Shown: positions 27,238-41,215 of the stretch, piece after piece | How positions within the stretch are numbered: the stretch's first letter is position 1 | How the letters are laid out: each line of letters begins with the position of its first letter | Made by a program: the position numbers and the translations under genes | Assembly (NCBI RefSeq): GCF_018350175.1 | Contig: NC_058368.1 | Coordinates: 12,152,001-12,216,000 of the forward strand | DNA length: 64,000 bases | Origin: Felis catus | Lineage: Eukaryota | Direction: 5' to 3' | Notes under the pieces: generated by a model | The model's input: the letters and a program-made list of their open reading frames with translations, nothing else | Told to the model about the DNA's origin: nothing | The model's database searches: none

Positions 27238-28328
27238 GGGCCCTTTAATTTTCCATCTTATGTCACAGTCATTTTGTGTACATGGGCTTTGATCCCACAC
27301 TATCTGCCCTGCACAAATTGCCTGTTGCTTAAATGTTTGCTTGGTGAAATAATGATTACACGATAAGACATATAATAGTTGTGAAAAAAGTGTGTTTCAA
27401 TTCAGAGGTCTTGTTTGATTTTCCTTTGCAATTCTAATTTCAGAAACATTGGAAGGAAGCAATCTCTCAGGAGTTACAGCAGAAACTGCCTAAGGCTGCC
27501 TCCCTGTGTTTATTGCTAATCTGTGAGAAACAAGGGGTGGGGGGGGTGGGGGTAAAAACCATGCCATTTACAATTTGATTAAAAAGCTTCTTTTCGTTTC
27601 ATGTTTAATCCCCTTTAAATTTTCCCTTTCGTCACAGAGGGGGGCTAGATCAGGCATTTCCCCATTCTGGAAACGCTCTTGCAGGCACTAACACATTCGG
27701 CCTCAACTCTAACTCCTGCCCCTCACTCACTGTCCTCCAGTCCTGCCGAAGGTCTTGCTATTATGCCTTGGGAATGTTTCTCCCATCCCACCTGACCCCC
27801 AAATCCGCAGAATCAGCTTCCTCACCTGTTTTAAGCCTATGCTCAGAAGCCACTTTCTCGAGTGAGGCACAGCCTGACCACCCCGTCCAGAACCGCTTCT
27901 CCCAGAGAGGCCTGGCCTGTGAAGGAAGTAGAGAGACCTACTTCCTGGCGCAAGAAGTACATCCCGGGAGGCTTGTGTAGAGGGGCGTTCGCCAGATGTG
28001 TAGGTACCGCAAATGAAATGTGTGAAGAAGAATTTGGGGGGCTTGGCTTTTAGCTTCAGAATAGAAGACCCTAAAAGAGCTATTAAAAAACAAAGCAAGC
28101 AAACCAACAAAATCCCTCTGGCATAATAGCGGCTATTAAAAATGCAATCTTCCATTTCTTATGCAATCCTCAGAAGCTCCAGGTCTAATAGTTGCTCAAG
28201 TGTCATATACATACTAATTAATACCCCTTGAAGATTATTGGAAGGTCTCTAGATCATAAATGAATCCTACCAAAGCCCAAGGAGAGCAGTTTGGGGAGGG
28301 GCAGTGGCGGATAAAGAATACTTTTTGA

Positions 28329-28535
28329 GGGGTGCGCCTGTGGCTCAGCCGGTTAAACATCTGACTTTGGCTCAGGTCATGATCTCATGGTTCACAAGGT
28401 CGAGACTCGCATCGGGCTGTGTGCTGACAGCTGGGAGCCTGGAGCCTGCTTTGGATTCTGTGTCTCCCTCTCTCTCTGCCCCTCCCCCCTACTACCTCTC
28501 AAAAATAAATAAAACACATTAAATTTTTTTTTAAA
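28329..28535 (+). mobile_element. CAN-SINE
   Basis: SINEC motifs; TAAAGAATA...TTTGAGG on both flanks. Confidence 0.9.
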
Positions 28536-28889
28536 GAATAATCTTTGAGGATTATTTAAGATCACAGAAAAATTATCCTAGATATGGGAATGGGGCCGAA
28601 TGACTGGGTATCTTCCTGAGCTGAGGCCTGGAGCTGGCCTACCCGGGTCAATCCCATTCTCTGATCCTTATTTCCTGGTGTGCCTTTGCTTGATTTGTTA
28701 TTCACTATGGATTAAGGGTACTTTAAGTTCTGTGAGGGTAGGTGTTAATGGAGATGATTCTTACCCAATAAGAACACATATGGATTTTGCCCTATAGAGA
28801 TGCCAAAGGAGACTAACACCGCAACATATTTAATGGGGGGAAAAAATGAAAGATTGTTGCACGCACCACCAAGAAAATGCATCTCCTCT

Positions 28890-29105
28890 CCTTGGCGCCC
28901 AGACCACCCTTATTTTGTCCTGAATTTTCTGTACCACTTACCACCTTCTAACATTCTTTATAGTCATGTTTATTATGTTTGCCCTTTATTATCTCTTCTG
29001 CTAAAATAGAAGCTCCATAAGGGCAGAAATTTGTGCCCAATTTGTTTGCTGTTGCCTCCCCAAGTGCTAGAACTGAGCCAGGCAGGTAAATAAATGCTTA
29101 GTATA
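28890..29105 (+). mobile_element. L2 3' fragment
   Basis: CTAAAATAGAAGCTCCATAAGGGCAG...TCCCCAAGTGCTAGAAC. Confidence 0.55.
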
Positions 29106-32100
29106 TAATACATATTATATAATAAATAAATATACAGGCAGCTCAAAATTACTTGCAGAATGAGAACATCCCTTAACTTAGACCAGTGATTTTCAAGTGC
29201 TTGGAACTTGACCCATGGTAAAAAATTGACATATTCACAACTGAAACGGAACTTTCACGAAGCAGCACTTACCTACCCTTACTATACACGGCATACTCTG
29301 ATAATTTCTAATGAGTCCTAGTCTAGGTTTTCCAAATTGCTGTAGCTCCTCATAACTGGATGTCACGACTGGACTCTGCCGTGAAAAAAAGACAAGGAAC
29401 TGTGGTAGAAATTGCCACCACACGAGGTAAATGGGAAAGAGGGCGGAAATGGAGGGGTAGTTACCTTCTACTGGCTACTCCACAAAGCATATTTTATATT
29501 TCCATAACCTTACCCCATCTGACAACACAGAAACCCTCGCACGCTTACATGTCACTTTTTCTTTGGGTGGAAAGTGTTCTCTACCTGCGAGGGGAATTGA
29601 GTTATTTTGAAAGCAAAGAGCCGTAAATGAGTCTGTGAACTGATAAATGATCTTAAAGTCTCAGAGAGAGTCACTCAGTTGGCATCTGCTGTTGATAATT
29701 CAGAGCAGGAGAATTAGGAGAAGAGGCAGAGGTAAACCATTTAGAAAGTAAAGCTGACTATTACGAGGAAAATACTTTTCTCGGTTTTGCGGAAATTGGA
29801 GAGCAGCTGTGTCATGAGGGTATTATAGATTTACGTTGGTGATTTTAGTAATGGATGTTTACTGAAAAGATTCCAGCTGATGGATGAACCACAGGATGCT
29901 TTTGCTGACTGTGTGATAAACATCCCTTATATGAGTTCTTTATCTTCTTGTCCCTTTTTCTCATCTAGCCTTATGTCTCCCTACCTGTTCCTTCACCATT
30001 CTCATTTTGTTGCTATTAGGAAAACAGAGATACAAAATCCAGGGATTGGAACTCCTCTATGTCTCCGATAACATGGTGATTAGTGGACTAGGTGGGTTTT
30101 GGTCGCAAGCCAGATATTTTGTTAACAACCTGGCATCAGTGATTTGGAAGGATTTTTATAGCAGCATGATTTAGTATTAAGTAGAATGAATTAACTGATG
30201 TTGATTAGTTCTGTACAGATAAATGAGGCAAGAAACTTGATCTCTGATTTATTGATGTATTTACTCAAAACAAGTTATGAAATGCCTTTTACTTCATTTG
30301 AAGGAAGTTTATGCTTCAAAACAAATGAATAAGGCCTTTTATGTAACCTGCTTTGGAAAAATCCAGACAAAATGCTTATAGGTAACAAAACTCCAAAATC
30401 ATGCCATGATTTAAAAAATCTACCTTGGCTTTTGTCTTGACTAGTTTAAAAGCATACCTTTGCCTGAGTGAGGTCTTACAGAATCTCAAATTTGGTTATA
30501 TGTGTATTTAGGGATTCTATATTTGCAAATGACCAACCCCAACTAAAACTAGATTAAGGAAGAAAAGAGATTTTAATAGAAAGACACTGGGATAATTCAC
30601 AGAATTGGAGAAAAGCTCCAGGGACTTTAGGAATTGGACTTTCAGGTAATTATCACCATGTTGGGGGGGGCGGTTGCTGAGGGTGGCAATCTCTCTCTCC
30701 CTCCCTCTCTCTCTCTGTCTTGCACTTGGGTTTGCTTGGCTTCGTTACATCTCACTGCAGAGGGTCTCTTCCGATACCAACAACCCCAGATTTACTCCAG
30801 AAGGAGGGGAGAGCCTTGCCTCTACTACAGCAGAAAAATCTCAGGGAGAATCTCTCATTGGTCTGCCTTGGGTCATTCACCTTGAAGTTGAAACTGAATC
30901 CTCTCTTATGTCTATTTATTTCATATAAGTACAGATGAGTCCATAAACTAGGTAATACTACACATGCTTTATCTGTAGCTAACTATAATTTATGAAAATT
31001 ATTGATGATCATTTGTTTTTTGATGATCATTTGATTATTTGCTAACAAATAATTTGTTCCATTTAATCCCTCAGTCCTGGATTATTTCAACTAATCCTTC
31101 TTGTTTTCCCTTTAGATTGTTTCACCTAATCTAAGAACTATGTCTGGCACATAGTAGCTACTCAATAAATATTTGACTAAAAGGATAAATAAATAATCTC
31201 ATATTGTTAGATGTTCAGGCTGTTTCAATTCAACTCTTGTTGATGAGGAGTGTAGAGCCTTGCTGAAGAGCCACTAATTTATGAAGAACTATGAAGAAGC
31301 ATGGTTCTACTCCAGCTACATATGTTCAGGGTGTGGTGGGAAAGGAACGTCTAAATGCATCCAGGACGCCAAACAAGTCTTCACAGAGGAGAGGAGAATT
31401 GAGCTGGATTTGGAAGGAGTGGACTTTTACAGAGAGTAACTCGGGAAAATGTCACTAAGAGTAAGCAGGGTTAATTATGAACTCTTCTTAGAAGAAACAA
31501 ATTCAAAACAGGAGACAGGGAGGGCCACAGGTAACAGAGGAAAAATAGAATGCCATTTCAGGATTGATAGGCTGTCATCCAAGGTAGAGCCCTGGGTGAG
31601 GGGTATCGAGAAATTGACTTGTCTGTAGTAAAAGAGCTGGTCGGGAAGGGATGAGATATGAAACTCGTATGGATATGAAACTGTACTAGTCCTACTTCTT
31701 AACTTGTGAGAGGCCATGAGGCTTGGTGCTCAAGCTAGAAATTCTACTTCCCCGGAAGTCCAAAGTGAAGGCAAGAAAGGCCAGCGGCTGCTTATTACCA
31801 TACATGTATCTCCCTGGGTGTCAGGGAAGGTGGAGCTGAGGCCCTGGGCACAGGTTGGGACTCGGAAGGTAGAGTCAGGTCCTGGGCAACATTTGAGGAA
31901 CCACACACAGAGACCACCGGTCCTGGTATTTTTGTGGCTAAACATTCTAGCGGGTTATGTTTGGAAATTATTTTTGTGCTCTCTTAAATTGTTGTTTGGT
32001 GGAGGCTGCTTGAAATTCCATCTGTAGTAACAACAGTTTATAATCCACAGAACTGTGCTCATAGAAACAAAAGGGTTAATTTGGTCTACAAACACGAACA

Positions 32101-32529
32101 CTGGATAGCTGGCATACGTGTGTAACAGCACAGGGTGGCAGTGACTTTTACGAAAGTCCTTAGACATGTGATCGTGATATTGTTCTTGTAGTAAAAGGAT
32201 GCCAAAAGGAGAAAATAGCAAACCTCTGGGGCTCTCCAAAATTTGTCTAGTCCTTTGACCTTTCTTAAAAGAATGTACCTCTAATTTAGAACTACACAAC
32301 ACTTCGAGGTCTCTTCTTGGGTGGAAAGTAGACAGAAATTAGCTGCTTGAATTATTTTTTGCTTATGGGCTGCATTTCAGTTCTTTAGCCACTGGTCTCA
32401 GTCAATTTAATGATGATTATTTGTAGGATTAAGTTAATCTGTTAAGAATTATTCCATTTCATTTTTTAAAAAATATATCTGAGGAATGATAGCCAAAAGT
32501 GACCCTGTCAGTGTTACCTCTGAAATGTA

Positions 32530-32935
32530 TTTGAATGATTAATACCACCCATGTCTTCTCCAACTTTCGACGCTTACACCCAGCCATCAACCAGGCATCT
32601 TCACCCAAATATCAGACCCACGGTCCAAACAGAACTTGATCACTTTCCTTCCCAAGTCCCTTACTTGTTGCTTTCTCTGTTGTCCTTGATTCTTTCCCTG
32701 CCTCACAAGTCACGTGTAATTCATCGGCTAGCTCTACTGATTGATTCCACCTTCAGTGATGGCTGAAATCTGGCCACTTCTATCTACCTCCTTTGGTCCA
32801 AACCAACATCATCTTTTACTGGGACCACAGCAATAGCTGCCTAACTGCTTTCCTTGTTCCTATGTTGCCCTCCTGGAGTCTGTTTGCCACATAGCAATCA
32901 GTGATCTCTTAAAAATCATAAATTAAATTCCATTA
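32530..32935 (+). mobile_element. L2 fragment
   Basis: CCACAGCAATAGCTGCCTAACTG...CCACATAGCAATCAGTGATCTCTTAAAA. Confidence 0.5.
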
Positions 32936-32964
32936 CTACCACACTGAATCATAAACTTACCCGA

Positions 32965-33170
32965 TGGGTCACAATCATAAGTTTTTTTGTATATTGACTT
33001 ATTTAATCCCCGTAAGGATATGAACGTAAGGTGCTATACTTGTTTTTATTTTACAGATGAGGAAACAGAGGCACAGAGAGTTAGATTATATGTCTAAGGT
33101 CACACAGCTAATAAGGGCACAGATTTAGAACAGTCTGACCTAGCCCATGTTCTTAATCACTAAGCTTAAC
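32965..33170 (-). mobile_element. MIR
   Basis: ATTTTACAGATGAGGAAACAGAGGCACAGAGAG...AAGGTCACACAGCTA core. Confidence 0.8.
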
Positions 33171-33204
33171 TATCTAGTGAATTTCACCTAACTTAGAATG
33201 AAAT

Positions 33205-33828
33205 CTACCCTATGACACAGCAATTTCACTGTACTAATAGGTATTTACCCAAAGGATACAAAAATATAGATATAAAGGGGCACATGCATCCTGATGTTTA
33301 TAGCAGCATGTTATCAACAATAGCCAAACAATGGAAACAGCCCAAATGTCCATCAACCGATGGATGGATAAAGAAGATGTGGTGTGAGTGTGTGTGCGTG
33401 CGTGTGTGTAATGGAATACAACTCAGCCATCAAAAAAAAAAAAAAAAAAAAAGGAAATCTTGCCATTTGCAATGACATGGATGGAGCTCAAGTGTATTAT
33501 GCTAAGTAAAATAAGCCTGTCAGAGAAAGACAAATACCATATGATTTCACTCATATGTGGAATTTAAGAAACAAAACACATGAACATAGGGGAAGGAAAA
33601 AAAAAGAGAGGGAAGTCAACTATAAGAGACTCTTAACTACAGAGAACAAACTGAGGGTTTCTGGAGGGGAGGTGGGTGGGAGATGGGCTACATGGGCAAT
33701 GGACATTTGTGATGAGCACTGGGTGTTTTATGTAAAGGATGAATCACTAAAATCTACACCTGAAACCAATTTTACCATATATGTTACCTACCTAGAATTT
33801 AAATAAAACCTTGAAAAGAAAAAAAAAT
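33205..33828 (+). mobile_element. 5'-truncated carnivore L1 (ORF2 C-terminus + 3'UTR + polyA)
   Basis: ORF2-like TIAKQWKQPKCPSTDGWIKKMW, TGCCATTTGCAATGACATGGATGGA, AATAAA and A tail. Confidence 0.9.
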
Positions 33829-34589
33829 GGAATAAAATCAAACTCTTCACTGTGCCCTATGAGGCTGAGCCAACCGCGTCCCAGCCTGATGCAGGTCTGG
33901 CTCCCCAAGAAGCAGGTCTTGAGTCAAGAAGTGCTTGCAAGAGAAGTCAGTGAGGGCATGAGAGCAGAACAGGGAAAGGGAAAAGACAAGCTATGTTGCC
34001 ATCTCAGCTTGATCCCTTGCGGGACCTCTGGACTGTAAATTGTATCCCACAGTTGCCTTTCAGGTGGATTTTGAACTCCCACACCTGTCTGTCATTACCA
34101 ACAGCCCACTCGGCTTGGAGGTGGGAGGAGTGGGGGCTCAGTGTCTTGTCTGATCTTCTCTTTGAGGAGATTCTCCCTTTGCCTTCTGTACGGTTTACCT
34201 CCAACCTGCCACATGCCCACAGGACCCACAGATCTCTACGCTGGCCCCATCCTCTACCCAGAATGCTTTCCCCCTCCAGGGCTCCTTTAGCAGCCTTCAT
34301 TTGTCATGTTATTGATAGACCTCTCCTCAAACATCCCTGCTCAAAGAAGGCTTTCATACTGTACTCCCCCATCCTGACCCCTGCCACCTCCGATTCTCTT
34401 ACTCAGTTTTATTTCAAGGACCTCTCTTCCTCCCTAGAATGTAAGCTGCATGAGATCAGAATCTTATTTTGAATCCTATTGATTTCTAGAAACTTAGACA
34501 AGTGCCTAGGACATTTGTTGAATGAATAAATGAGTGAGTGAATAAATGAGTATTGATCCCCTTAATTAAAAGCTAAATAACTACAAATT

Positions 34590-34794
34590 AAAAAAATGTT
34601 TAATGTTTATTTTTGAGAGACAGAGCATGAGCAGGGGAGGGGCAGAGAGAAAGAGGGAGACACAGAATCTGAAGCGGGCTCCAGGCTGTGAACTGTCAGC
34701 ATAGAGCCTGACACAGGACTCGAACTCACAAGCCATGAGATCATGACCTGAGCTGCAGTCGGACGCTTAACCAACTGAGCCACCCAGGCACCCC
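34590..34794 (-). mobile_element. CAN-SINE
   Basis: SINEC motifs. Confidence 0.92.
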
Positions 34795-34959
34795 AACTGC
34801 AAAATTTTTTTTAAGCAACAAATTACTACTGTAGTTTCAGAAATAAATTAGTGTTTCAGAGAAAATCAGTTTTCTCTTGCCATGTAAATCTTAGATAACT
34901 CTATTTCTGTCCCCAAAATAGCTTCGCCTGTGACTAAGGTTTTCTTTCTTTCTCTATAG

Positions 34960-36815
34960 ATCTTTAAAATTGACGCACATATTTTAATGTATACTTTGAT
35001 AAATTTTGGCAACTGCATACACTTGTGTAACCAACATTCCAATGAAGATCAGAACATTCCCATCACCCCAGAGTTTCCTTGTGACTCTTTTTTTCTTCTT
35101 TCTTTTGTTAATGTTTATTTATTTTTGAGAGAGACAGACGGAGTGTGAGCAAGGGAGGGGCAGACAGAGAGGGAGACACAAAGTCCAAAGCAGGCTCCAG
35201 GCTCTGAGCTGTTAGCACAGAGCCCTATGCAGGGCTTGAACCCACGAACTGTGAGATCATGACCTGAGCTGAAGTCAGACGCTTACCCTACTGAGCCACC
35301 CAGGAGCCCCCTTTGTGACTCTTTCTAATCAATTTTCACCCACCATAGGCAACCACTGTTCTGATTTCTATCACAGCAGGCTAATTTTTGAATTTTATGT
35401 GAATGGAATCACGCAACCATAGGCTTGTATTCTTTGTGTCTTGGTTCTTTTGCTAAATATAATATTTTTGAGGCCAATCCCTATTGTTGCATTTAACAGC
35501 AGTTCATGCTTTTTATTGCTGAGTAGTATTGCATTGTAAAAACAGACAGGATTTATATATACTCTTGTTGATGGACATCTGTGTTATTTTCAGTTTTTTT
35601 GCTATTGTGAATAATGCTATTGTAAGCATCCTTGAACCGTTCACTCTTGTTTTTATCTTGACATTGTGTCTTTTTGTGGACCTATTTTGTCATTTCTTTT
35701 GGGTAAATACCTAGATGTGGAATTTCTGGGTTATAGAGAAAGCCCATGTTTAACTTTATAAGAAACTGCCAAATTATTTTCCAGAGTGGTGGTACTAATT
35801 ACACTCCAAGCAGCAATGTATGAAAGTTCCAGCTGCTTTTCATCCTTGTCAGAATTTGCTGTCAGTCTTCAGCTGTGGCATTCCTGTGCATATGATAGCT
35901 CACTGTGGTTTTAATATGCATTTCCCTGATAATGTTGGTGTTGAGTACCTTTCCATGTGCTGATTGAACATTGGTGTAGATGCTGTTGTGAAAATGTCTG
36001 CTCAGATCTGTTGTTCATGGTGGTGATATGGTTGATTTCTTTTTTTGTTATGAATTGATAGGATTCTTGTATTTATTTTGAATACAACTCTTTTGTCGGA
36101 TGTATATATATATATATATTTTATACATATACATATTTCTCCTCAGTGCTTTGTCTTTTTTGTTAACTTTTTTGATGAGAAGATTTTAATTTTGATGTAG
36201 TCCACTTCATCTGTTTTTTCTTTTATGATTAGTGCTTTCTGAATTCTAGGAAATCCTTACTGTGAGATCCAGAGGCTATGTTTTATTCTGTGAGTTTATA
36301 GTTTTATATTTTACATTTGGGCCTGTGGTCTATCTCAGATGAATTTTTATGCAAGGTGTAAGGTTGGGTTCATTTTTCCCCATAATGGTTTCCCAATTGT
36401 TGCAAGAGAGTTTGTTGAAAAGGCTTTTTTTTTTTTTTTTTTTTTTTTTTTTGCCATCTAAGGATTTGTTCAAAATCAATTTGCATTAGGTCTATTTTTG
36501 AATTCTTTATTCTTCTCCTTTGATCTATTTGTCTATTCTTATGCCAATATCACACCATATTGAATATTATAGCTTTATAGTAAGTCTTGAAATCAGGTCC
36601 TGTGAATGCTTCAACTTTGTTCTTCCTCTTGCAATTTATTTTAATTTATCTATGTCCTTTGAATAATCACATACATTTTAGAAACAACTCATTAATGTCT
36701 ACAAAAAAATGTATTGGAATTTTGTATGGGATTGTGCAGAATCTAGAGATCAGTTTGGGGAGGATGGATAAGTTTCAGTGTTGAATCTTCCAGTGAGTAA
36801 ACATGGTATCTCCCC
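34960..36815 (-). mobile_element. Old L1M 3' region, antisense, interrupted by a SINE
   Basis: TTGGGTAAATACCTAG, AGAAACTGCCAAA, GGCAACCACTGTTCTGATTTCTATC and TATAGCTTTATAGTAAGTCTTGAAATCAGG hallmarks. Confidence 0.8.
35088..35310 (-). mobile_element. CAN-SINE in L1
   Basis: TSD TTGTGACTCTTT. Confidence 0.92.
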
Positions 36816-36909
36816 CATCCAACCTTGTACCAGAGATCTGAGCCTAAACAATAAGGAAATCATACACCGAAAGCAGAACTAAAAAAATAAAATAAAATTT
36901 AAAGAAAGT

Positions 36910-37955
36910 GGTATCCTTCTCCTTTTTCTATATCTTCTTGAGCCGTTTTTAGTACTTTGTGTATTTCTAGGAATTTGTTCATTTCATCTAGGTTATCTCA
37001 TTTGTTGGCATACAATTTTTACCATCTTCCCTTATAATCCTTTTATTATGGAAATAGATATACAGAAATGATCAGTAATAGTGTCCCCACTTTTGTTTCT
37101 GATTTTAGTAATTTGAGTCTTCTCTCTGTTTTTCTTAGTCAGTCTAGATAATTTATCAGATAATTGTCTAGACACTCTTCTCTGTCTTGTTTCTATCTAC
37201 TCTAATTTTCATTATTCCTTTTATTCTGCCAGCTGTGGGTTTAGTTTGCGCTTCTTTTTCTTTTTCCTTAAGGTGGAAGGTTAAGTTCTTGCTTTGAGGT
37301 CTTTCTTTTTTAATATAGTGATTTACAGGTATAAAGTTATCTCTGAGTACTGCTTTGGCTGCATCTTCTAAGTCTTGGTGCATTGTGGTTTTGTTTTTAT
37401 TCAGCTTTTGTTTTTATTCATAAGTGTTTCCTAATGTTCCTTGTGATTTCTTCTTTGGCTGTTGATTTTTAGGAGTGTGTTCTTTAATTTCCACATATTT
37501 ATGAATGTTATTGATTTCTTGTTTCACTTCACTGTGGTCAGAGAAGATACTTTGTATGATCTCAATCTTTTAAAATTTATTAAGGATTGCTTTGAGTCCT
37601 CACATATGGTCAATTCTTGGGAATGTCTCATGTGCACTTGAGAAAAATATGTATCTGTTCTCGTTGGGTGGGGTGTTCTGTGTGTCTCTTAGCTGGGATT
37701 GACTTCTAGTAATGTCCGAGACCTCTGTTTACTTGTTAACCTTCCATCTAGAGTTTCTGTCCATTATTGAAAGTGGAGTATTGAAGTCTGCAACAGGTAT
37801 TATCAAATGATATATTTCTCTCTTCAATTCTATCAATTTTTGTTTCATTAATTTTCTTCTCTTCTTCGTGTGCAAATGTTTGTAACTGCTACATATTCTT
37901 GAAGGATTGACCCTCTTACCCATATGTAATGTTCTTCTTTGTCTCTTGTAACAAT

Positions 37956-37991
<36 letters not shown>

Positions 37992-38285
37992 ATTTTTTTA
38001 AATGTTTATTTTTGAGAGAGACAGGGTGTGTGAGTGGGGGGCGGGGGGGGGGTGCAGAGAGAAAGGGAGACAGAATCCGGAGCAGCCTCCAGGCTCCGAG
38101 CTGTCAGCACAGAGCCTGACGCGGGGCTCGAACCCACAAACTGCAAGATCATGACCTGAGCTGAAATCAGACGCTTAACCAGCTGAGCAACCCAGGCGCC
38201 CCAAGTCTCTTGTAACAATTTTTGACTTAAACTATGTTTTGTCTCATATTAGTAATGCCATGCCATTTCTCTTTTGGTACATTTA
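36910..38285 (-). mobile_element. L1 ORF2 endonuclease-region fragment (degenerate)
   Basis: Minus-strand translations VADFNTPLSIMDR and DAAKAVLRDNFIPVNHYIKKE...LTFHLKE match L1 ORF2p motifs. Confidence 0.85.
37954..38202 (-). mobile_element. CAN-SINE with (TTTA)n tail
   Basis: TSD GTCTCTTGTAACAATTT. Confidence 0.93.
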
Positions 38286-38298
38286 AAAAAAAAAAACC

Positions 38299-38490
38299 TT
38301 TTTTTAATGTTTATTTATTTGAGAGAGAGACAGAGTATGAGCAGGGGAGGGGCAGAGAGAGGGAGACACAGAATCTGAAGCAGGCTGTGCTGTCAGCACA
38401 GAGCCCCACATGCGGCTTGAACTCATGAGCCGTGAGATCATGACCTGAGCCAACATTGGGTGTTCAACTAACTGAGCCACCCAGGCACCC
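38299..38490 (-). mobile_element. CAN-SINE
   Basis: TSD TCTTTTGGTACATTT. Confidence 0.92.
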
Positions 38491-38754
38491 CTCTTTTGGT
38501 ACATTTTAAAAAATATTGTTGTGTTCGACCTCCAGTTACTTTTTGCATATCTATTCCAGGGATGTTTGGTTTCTAATTTTCGTTTCTTAAATTTTTTGGC
38601 AGATTTTTACATCACTGTTATACTAACTTCACAAGGTGAATTGAGAACGACCTCTCCTCTATTTTCTAAATGAATTTTTGTGGAATTGGTATATTTTTTC
38701 CTTAAGTCTTTGATAGAACTCACTAGTGAAATTACCTGGGGTTAGAGTTTGTGG

Positions 38755-38848
38755 TTTTTTTTTTTTAAGTTTATTTATTTATTTTGAGAGAGAGAAAGAG
38801 AGAGGGCACATGCACATGAGCTTGAGTGGGGAGGGGCAGAGGGGGGGG

Positions 38849-38882
<34 letters not shown>

Positions 38883-38908
38883 CCTAAGCAGGCTCTGTGC
38901 TGTCAGCA
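38755..38908 (-). mobile_element. 5'-truncated CAN-SINE
   Basis: Tail, (GA)n and GCAGGCTCTGTGCTGTCAGC are present; the head is absent. Confidence 0.8.
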
Positions 38909-39160
38909 GCAGACACTATCTGTCTTTTACTTGGAGCATTTAGTCTATTTTCATTTGAGTAATTATTGATATGATTGGGTTTGTGTTTACCATTTTGCTG
39001 TTTGCTTTCTGTTTATTTCATTGGTTTTTGTTTGTATCTTTCTTTAAGCATTCTTCTAGGTGAATCAAATATTTTTTAGTATTTCATTTTTGTTATCCTA
39101 CTGGCTTTTAAAGTAAACATTTAATATATTTTTGTGGTTTCTTTAAAGATTATTCATCCT

Positions 39161-39370
39161 GGGGCACCTGGGTGGCTTAGTCAGTTAAGCATCCGACTTT
39201 GGCTCAGGTCATGATCTCACAGTTCATGAGTTCGAGCCCTGCTCTGAGCTCTGTGCTGACACTCAGAGCCTGGAGTCTGCTTCGGATTCTGTGTCTCCTT
39301 CTCTCTCTGCTCGCGCTCTGTCTCTCTCTCTCTCTCAAAAATAAAGAAACATGAAAAAATTTTAAAATAG
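39161..39370 (+). mobile_element. CAN-SINE
   Basis: SINEC motifs; AGATTATTCA on both flanks. Confidence 0.92.
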
Positions 39371-40769
39371 AGATTATTCACCCTAATTATATAGTCTATG
39401 TAGAATTAATATTATTAATCCCCTTTGATAAAATTTTCATTTTATATATTTTACTTTTCAGTTCTAGAATTGTCATACTTTCTTTGAGTTTCCATTTCTC
39501 TGTTGTTACATGCTGCTATTCCACATTCGCTCACTTTTTATATCTATCTTTTTCTTGAAATCTTCGAACACACTTGTAATAGCTATCTTAAAATTCTTTT
39601 GGGTCATCTTGGCTTTGGTTTCTGTCCTTTTGATTTTTTTTTAATTAAGATTTTTATTTTCTTGCTTTTTCAATGTCTAGTAAATTTTTTTATTATGCCT
39701 GGGCAATATAAATAACACATGATAGGAAGTCTGGCTTATGCCACTTCCTTTAAAGGGTGTGGTATTTTGCTCTGCCAGGCAATTACTTTACCAAGGATTC
39801 TCTTGAACCCACTAGGCTTGGATGTAGTCTTTGTTAGAGCTGGTGTGTCTTAGTTTTGTCCTTATTCCTCACGTATGACCTTTATGGATTTCGGTTGAAT
39901 GTCTGAAGTATTCAGCCATGTTTCTCTATTGTGGCTCTCTAGGTACAGCCTTTTGTATTCAGCTCTCAGACCTGTGGCGTCTGCTCTTTGTGAAGCCCTG
40001 CAGAATCTCGTCTTCTTCATAGTTAGCCAAGGACTGCCGGGAAATCCTCATGCAGAAATCTGGGCCCTCCCTCTGTGCCCTTCTCTTCGACATGTGGATC
40101 TTCAGCAGCCTGTATCACTGAGCTCTGCCTTCTCAGCTCAGCAGTGCTGCTGTGTGTTTCTTGGGCTTCATTTCCCTCATCCAAGTCTGGAAACTGAACC
40201 GCGGTAGAATGCTGGAATGGACGTGGGGTTCATCTCCCATGTTTCCCGTCCCTCACTATTTTTTAAATACCCAGTATGTGTGAAAGGTTTCATTGAGCTC
40301 TGTGAAGGGTACAAATAGGTAAATGACAAGGAGTCATTTAACCAGAGAGAAAATGTTTATATGTGTATGGAATTCAGAATATTTCAGTTGACTTCTAAAA
40401 TGTGGTGATACTAGCTGATTGGCAGAAAGAAATATAAGATTAATTTTTTTTCTTAGATTTTTCAGAATGTAGATTGCAAAATCAACCATGAGGCTAGGAA
40501 GGAAGTGGAGAGGACATTATACACCGTGTCATATGCCCCACATTAGATCATTAGCACACCTTGGGATACCATGCAGTATTATTCTTAAGAGCCTACTATG
40601 CCAAATCCATTCTAATTTATTTTTGTGATGGTGTGCACCTGAAAGTTTTCTGTCTTTCAAGGTCTCAGAAATAAAATACAACCAGGGTATGTGATGAGAG
40701 TTTTCCTGTTCTGGCTCAGAAAAATGTTCGCTTGTGTCGACACTCTTTGGTCTGGTTTTCACTGCCAGC

Positions 40770-41215
40770 CTTCATTCCTCCATATCTGTTTGTTATACGT
40801 ATTCTGCCCCAGACACTTTGCTAGAATCTGGGAATAGACACATAAAAGACCTAGTCAAAGACTTGGAAACACCTACAATCTAGACACTTGAATGAATGCA
40901 ACCCAATATGGTGAAGGTCTTTGATAGAGGGCAGCTGTGGAGACACATGGAGTGGACACTTCAGGGCAGAGAGAGGGAAGATGTCAGGGAAGACTTCCCA
41001 GAAGGGTGATGTCTGAGCTGAGTTTTGAAGCGGGGTGGAACTGGAGGGACTGGGGATAGGAAAACTTGAGAGAGATGCATCCATGAAGGCATGGGAGCCT
41101 AGCGATTTCAGACCTTCGTGGAGGGTTCCATGCACCCGGGATTCAGGACTTGAGGCAGAGACCATAAGGCACAACAAAGAAAAATTAGGCAGGGGTTATT
41201 TAGATCACGGCTTTC
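40770..41215 (-). mobile_element. L2 fragment
   Basis: GTCAGGGAAGACTTCCCAGAAGGGTGATGTCTGAGCTGAGTTTTGAAG hallmark. Confidence 0.6.

Noticed and set aside
33212..37923. ORFs resembling L1 ORF2p
   Set aside because: Truncated, frameshifted L1 remnants; no intact element.
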